The notes beneath the pieces are model-generated. The model had not been told where the DNA came from. It searched no databases and saw only the letters and a list, made by a program, of their open reading frames with translations. Positions 56,683 through 58,240 of a stretch of DNA of 58,240 nucleotides are shown piece after piece (position 1 is the stretch's first letter; each line of letters opens with the position of its first letter). A program made the translations under genes and the position numbers. Location: IMG/VR virus record IMGVR_UViG_3300033075_001233, positions 64,001 through 122,240 of that record; one strand, written 5' to 3'. The DNA is from a virus (taxonomy: Duplodnaviria > Heunggongvirae > Uroviricota > Caudoviricetes).

Positions 56683-56927
56683 ATTATTTTAGTTGTTATA
56701 GATGAATAATATTGATTTAATTTCTCTGTATATATTGAATTGGGAATGTAAACATGATTTTTCGAGAAAATTACAGCCACTTTAGGAATAAGAAAATCCA
56801 GTTTTTCTGTAATTATTCTATATACAGCAGGGTAATCATCAGAATAATAACAATTTGTTTTCTTAATGCGAATTTTTGCATTAGATGGATAATTGAAATA
56901 TAATTTTGTTGTAGATGATCCACTCAT
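56679..56927 (-). CDS. Hypothetical protein
   Basis: ATGA overlap. Confidence 0.45.
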   Translation of the reverse strand: MSGSSTTKLYFNYPSNAKIRIKKTNCYYSDDYPAVYRIITEKLDFLIPKVAVIFSKNHVYIPNSIYTEKLNQYYSSITTKII

Positions 56928-57080
56928 AAAATGATTTTTTAGATTAAATACGATTTATCTCCCTCTGTATCTTCATCAATACTCTCAGTAATTTCTTGTG
57001 CTATGTAAATTGCTAATAATATAACAATTATACATAAAATTATTTTGGCAAGCATAAGTAATTGAATTTTAATAGATTAT

Positions 57081-57120
57081 AAAAAGAAAAGCAGCCCTAG
57101 ATTAACTAGAGCTACTTTTT
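57081..57120 (-). terminator. Intrinsic terminator
   Basis: AAAAGTAGCTCTAG-TTAAT-CTAGGGCTGCTTTT plus a T tract on the - strand. Confidence 0.75.
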
Positions 57121-57133
57121 CTGTTCCCCATCC

Positions 57134-57385
57134 TTATACCCGTTGTTCCAATATAGTTATTTCATTTTTGATTCGGGCGATATCCTTTGCTGTAAGCAGT
57201 ACGGCGAGGGCTTTTTTACCTTCCTCATCATACATCAGTTCTTCCGGTTTATAGGAAGATACAGCACCTTTAATAGGTTTTACGCCAGCTTCAAGCTGTT
57301 CTTTTAAAGCCTTTAAAGCTTTTTTCCTTCTGGCTACAGTCTTAGGATCAGTAGCAAACTTCTTTGACATTGTTGTTGTCTCCAT
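57134..57385 (-). CDS. Small basic hypothetical protein
   Basis: ORF followed by a terminator. Confidence 0.6.
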   Translation of the reverse strand: METTTMSKKFATDPKTVARRKKALKALKEQLEAGVKPIKGAVSSYKPEELMYDEEGKKALAVLLTAKDIARIKNEITILEQRV

Positions 57386-57407
57386 TTGATTTTGTTTTAT
57401 TGATTTA

Positions 57408-58130
57408 TTAAAAAGATTTTATAGTGATCTCATTATCAATAACATATAGATATTCTTTAGATGTTCCCTGACAATCAATTAAGTAATATTGCCCCTTTGT
57501 ATGCTCATGACTAGCTATACGTTTCATTGTAGTATGACCAACCACTTGAATTATTCCTGCTTTTGCTATTAATTCTGCATCTTTCATAAGACTTCTTGGT
57601 CTTATCCATATAGGAGTTTGACCAATATTATCACCAGTGGATTCAAATCCATTGAAACAGAATGCTTTAGGATGATGTTTCCATACATCATTTACAGCAT
57701 CTGCTATATATTGTGCTGATAATGGTGTATCTACTTCAGGTGTATTTTCTGTAAACCATTGAATACCTACACCAGCATGTGTACAAAGAATATTGTCAAA
57801 AGCATATGCCATTTGTAAATGTTCTCTGTTTTCATCAATCACTTGATTTATATTATGAGCTACACCAGATTGATATCCAGATGTACCTGTATAACCTATT
57901 TCAGGGTAATAATGGCAATCATGATTTCCTATAAGTAATATAACTTCTTTTTCGGATGTTTTCTTAAATTCAACAATTTCTTTAAAATTATGAATTTGTT
58001 CAACTCCAGATATATCTTGATATGCATCAAAATAATCCCCAATAAATATAAATCTGTCAAACTGTTCTGTATCCTTTATATATTTCCAAAAACTCTTCCC
58101 ATGCGTATCCCCAAGTATTATTGTATTCAT
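57408..58130 (-). CDS. Calcineurin-like metallophosphoesterase
   Basis: LGDTHG, IGDYFD, GNHD, THAG, VGHT. Confidence 0.9.
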   Translation of the reverse strand: MNTIILGDTHGKSFWKYIKDTEQFDRFIFIGDYFDAYQDISGVEQIHNFKEIVEFKKTSEKEVILLIGNHDCHYYPEIGYTGTSGYQSGVAHNINQVIDENREHLQMAYAFDNILCTHAGVGIQWFTENTPEVDTPLSAQYIADAVNDVWKHHPKAFCFNGFESTGDNIGQTPIWIRPRSLMKDAELIAKAGIIQVVGHTTMKRIASHEHTKGQYYLIDCQGTSKEYLYVIDNEITIKSF

Positions 58131-58240
58131 TTATTATTTTTTTAAATTACCGTGAGGTTGACAACGGTTAGCACGCCGTTTGGTTCCCGGTTATTTCTGG
58201 TTTAATCCCTTCGTATTCGTTTAGTGATTGTTTGATTTTC

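Noticed and set aside
1-58240. Genome-wide stop-codon reassignment (TGA or TAG), as in some crAss-like phages
   Set aside because: Long genes are intact in code 11, and TGA/TAG end many genes with tight ATGA/GTGA coupling. Only one suspicious in-frame TGA was found.
58148-58240. GC-richer end segment as a tRNA/ncRNA
   Set aside because: On the - strand it reads as the 3' end of a CDS (..EGIKPEITGNQTAC-stop) plus a short ACCGT/ACGGT hairpin; no cloverleaf.

Overview
AT-rich 58 kb segment of a large lytic dsDNA phage, most consistent with a crAss-like (Crassvirales-type) phage of a Bacteroidota host. Support: TAnnTTTG -7 promoter elements, A-rich translation starts, and a PolB/primase/UDG/SSB/DnaB replication set. 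Two convergent gene blocks meet at a hairpin terminator near 18.1 kb. The + block (1-18066) carries the 3' end of a large virion protein, two long fibre proteins, a PL9-like beta-helix lyase, glycosyltransferases and a methyltransferase. The - block (18100-58240) carries more glycosyl/methyltransferases, RecA, nucleotide-metabolism genes, the replication module and many small early-type genes. Main findings: (1) a contiguous ubiquitin-like conjugation set (Ubl with Gly76 and a C-terminal extension, E2-like, JAB/JAMM protease, E1/ThiF) at 31.5-35.2 kb; (2) a 268-nt ORF-less group I intron splitting a dATP/dGTP diphosphohydrolase-HAD gene, missed by the ORF track; (3) ten small proteins ending in F(L/I)N-stop; (4) an MGA(K/Q)G(E/D)xK N-terminus shared by three replication proteins; (5) a candidate virion glycosylation/methylation kit around a Ser/Thr-rich fibre; (6) an unexplained structured ~240-nt non-coding element. 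All family calls are by motif recognition only; no searches were run.
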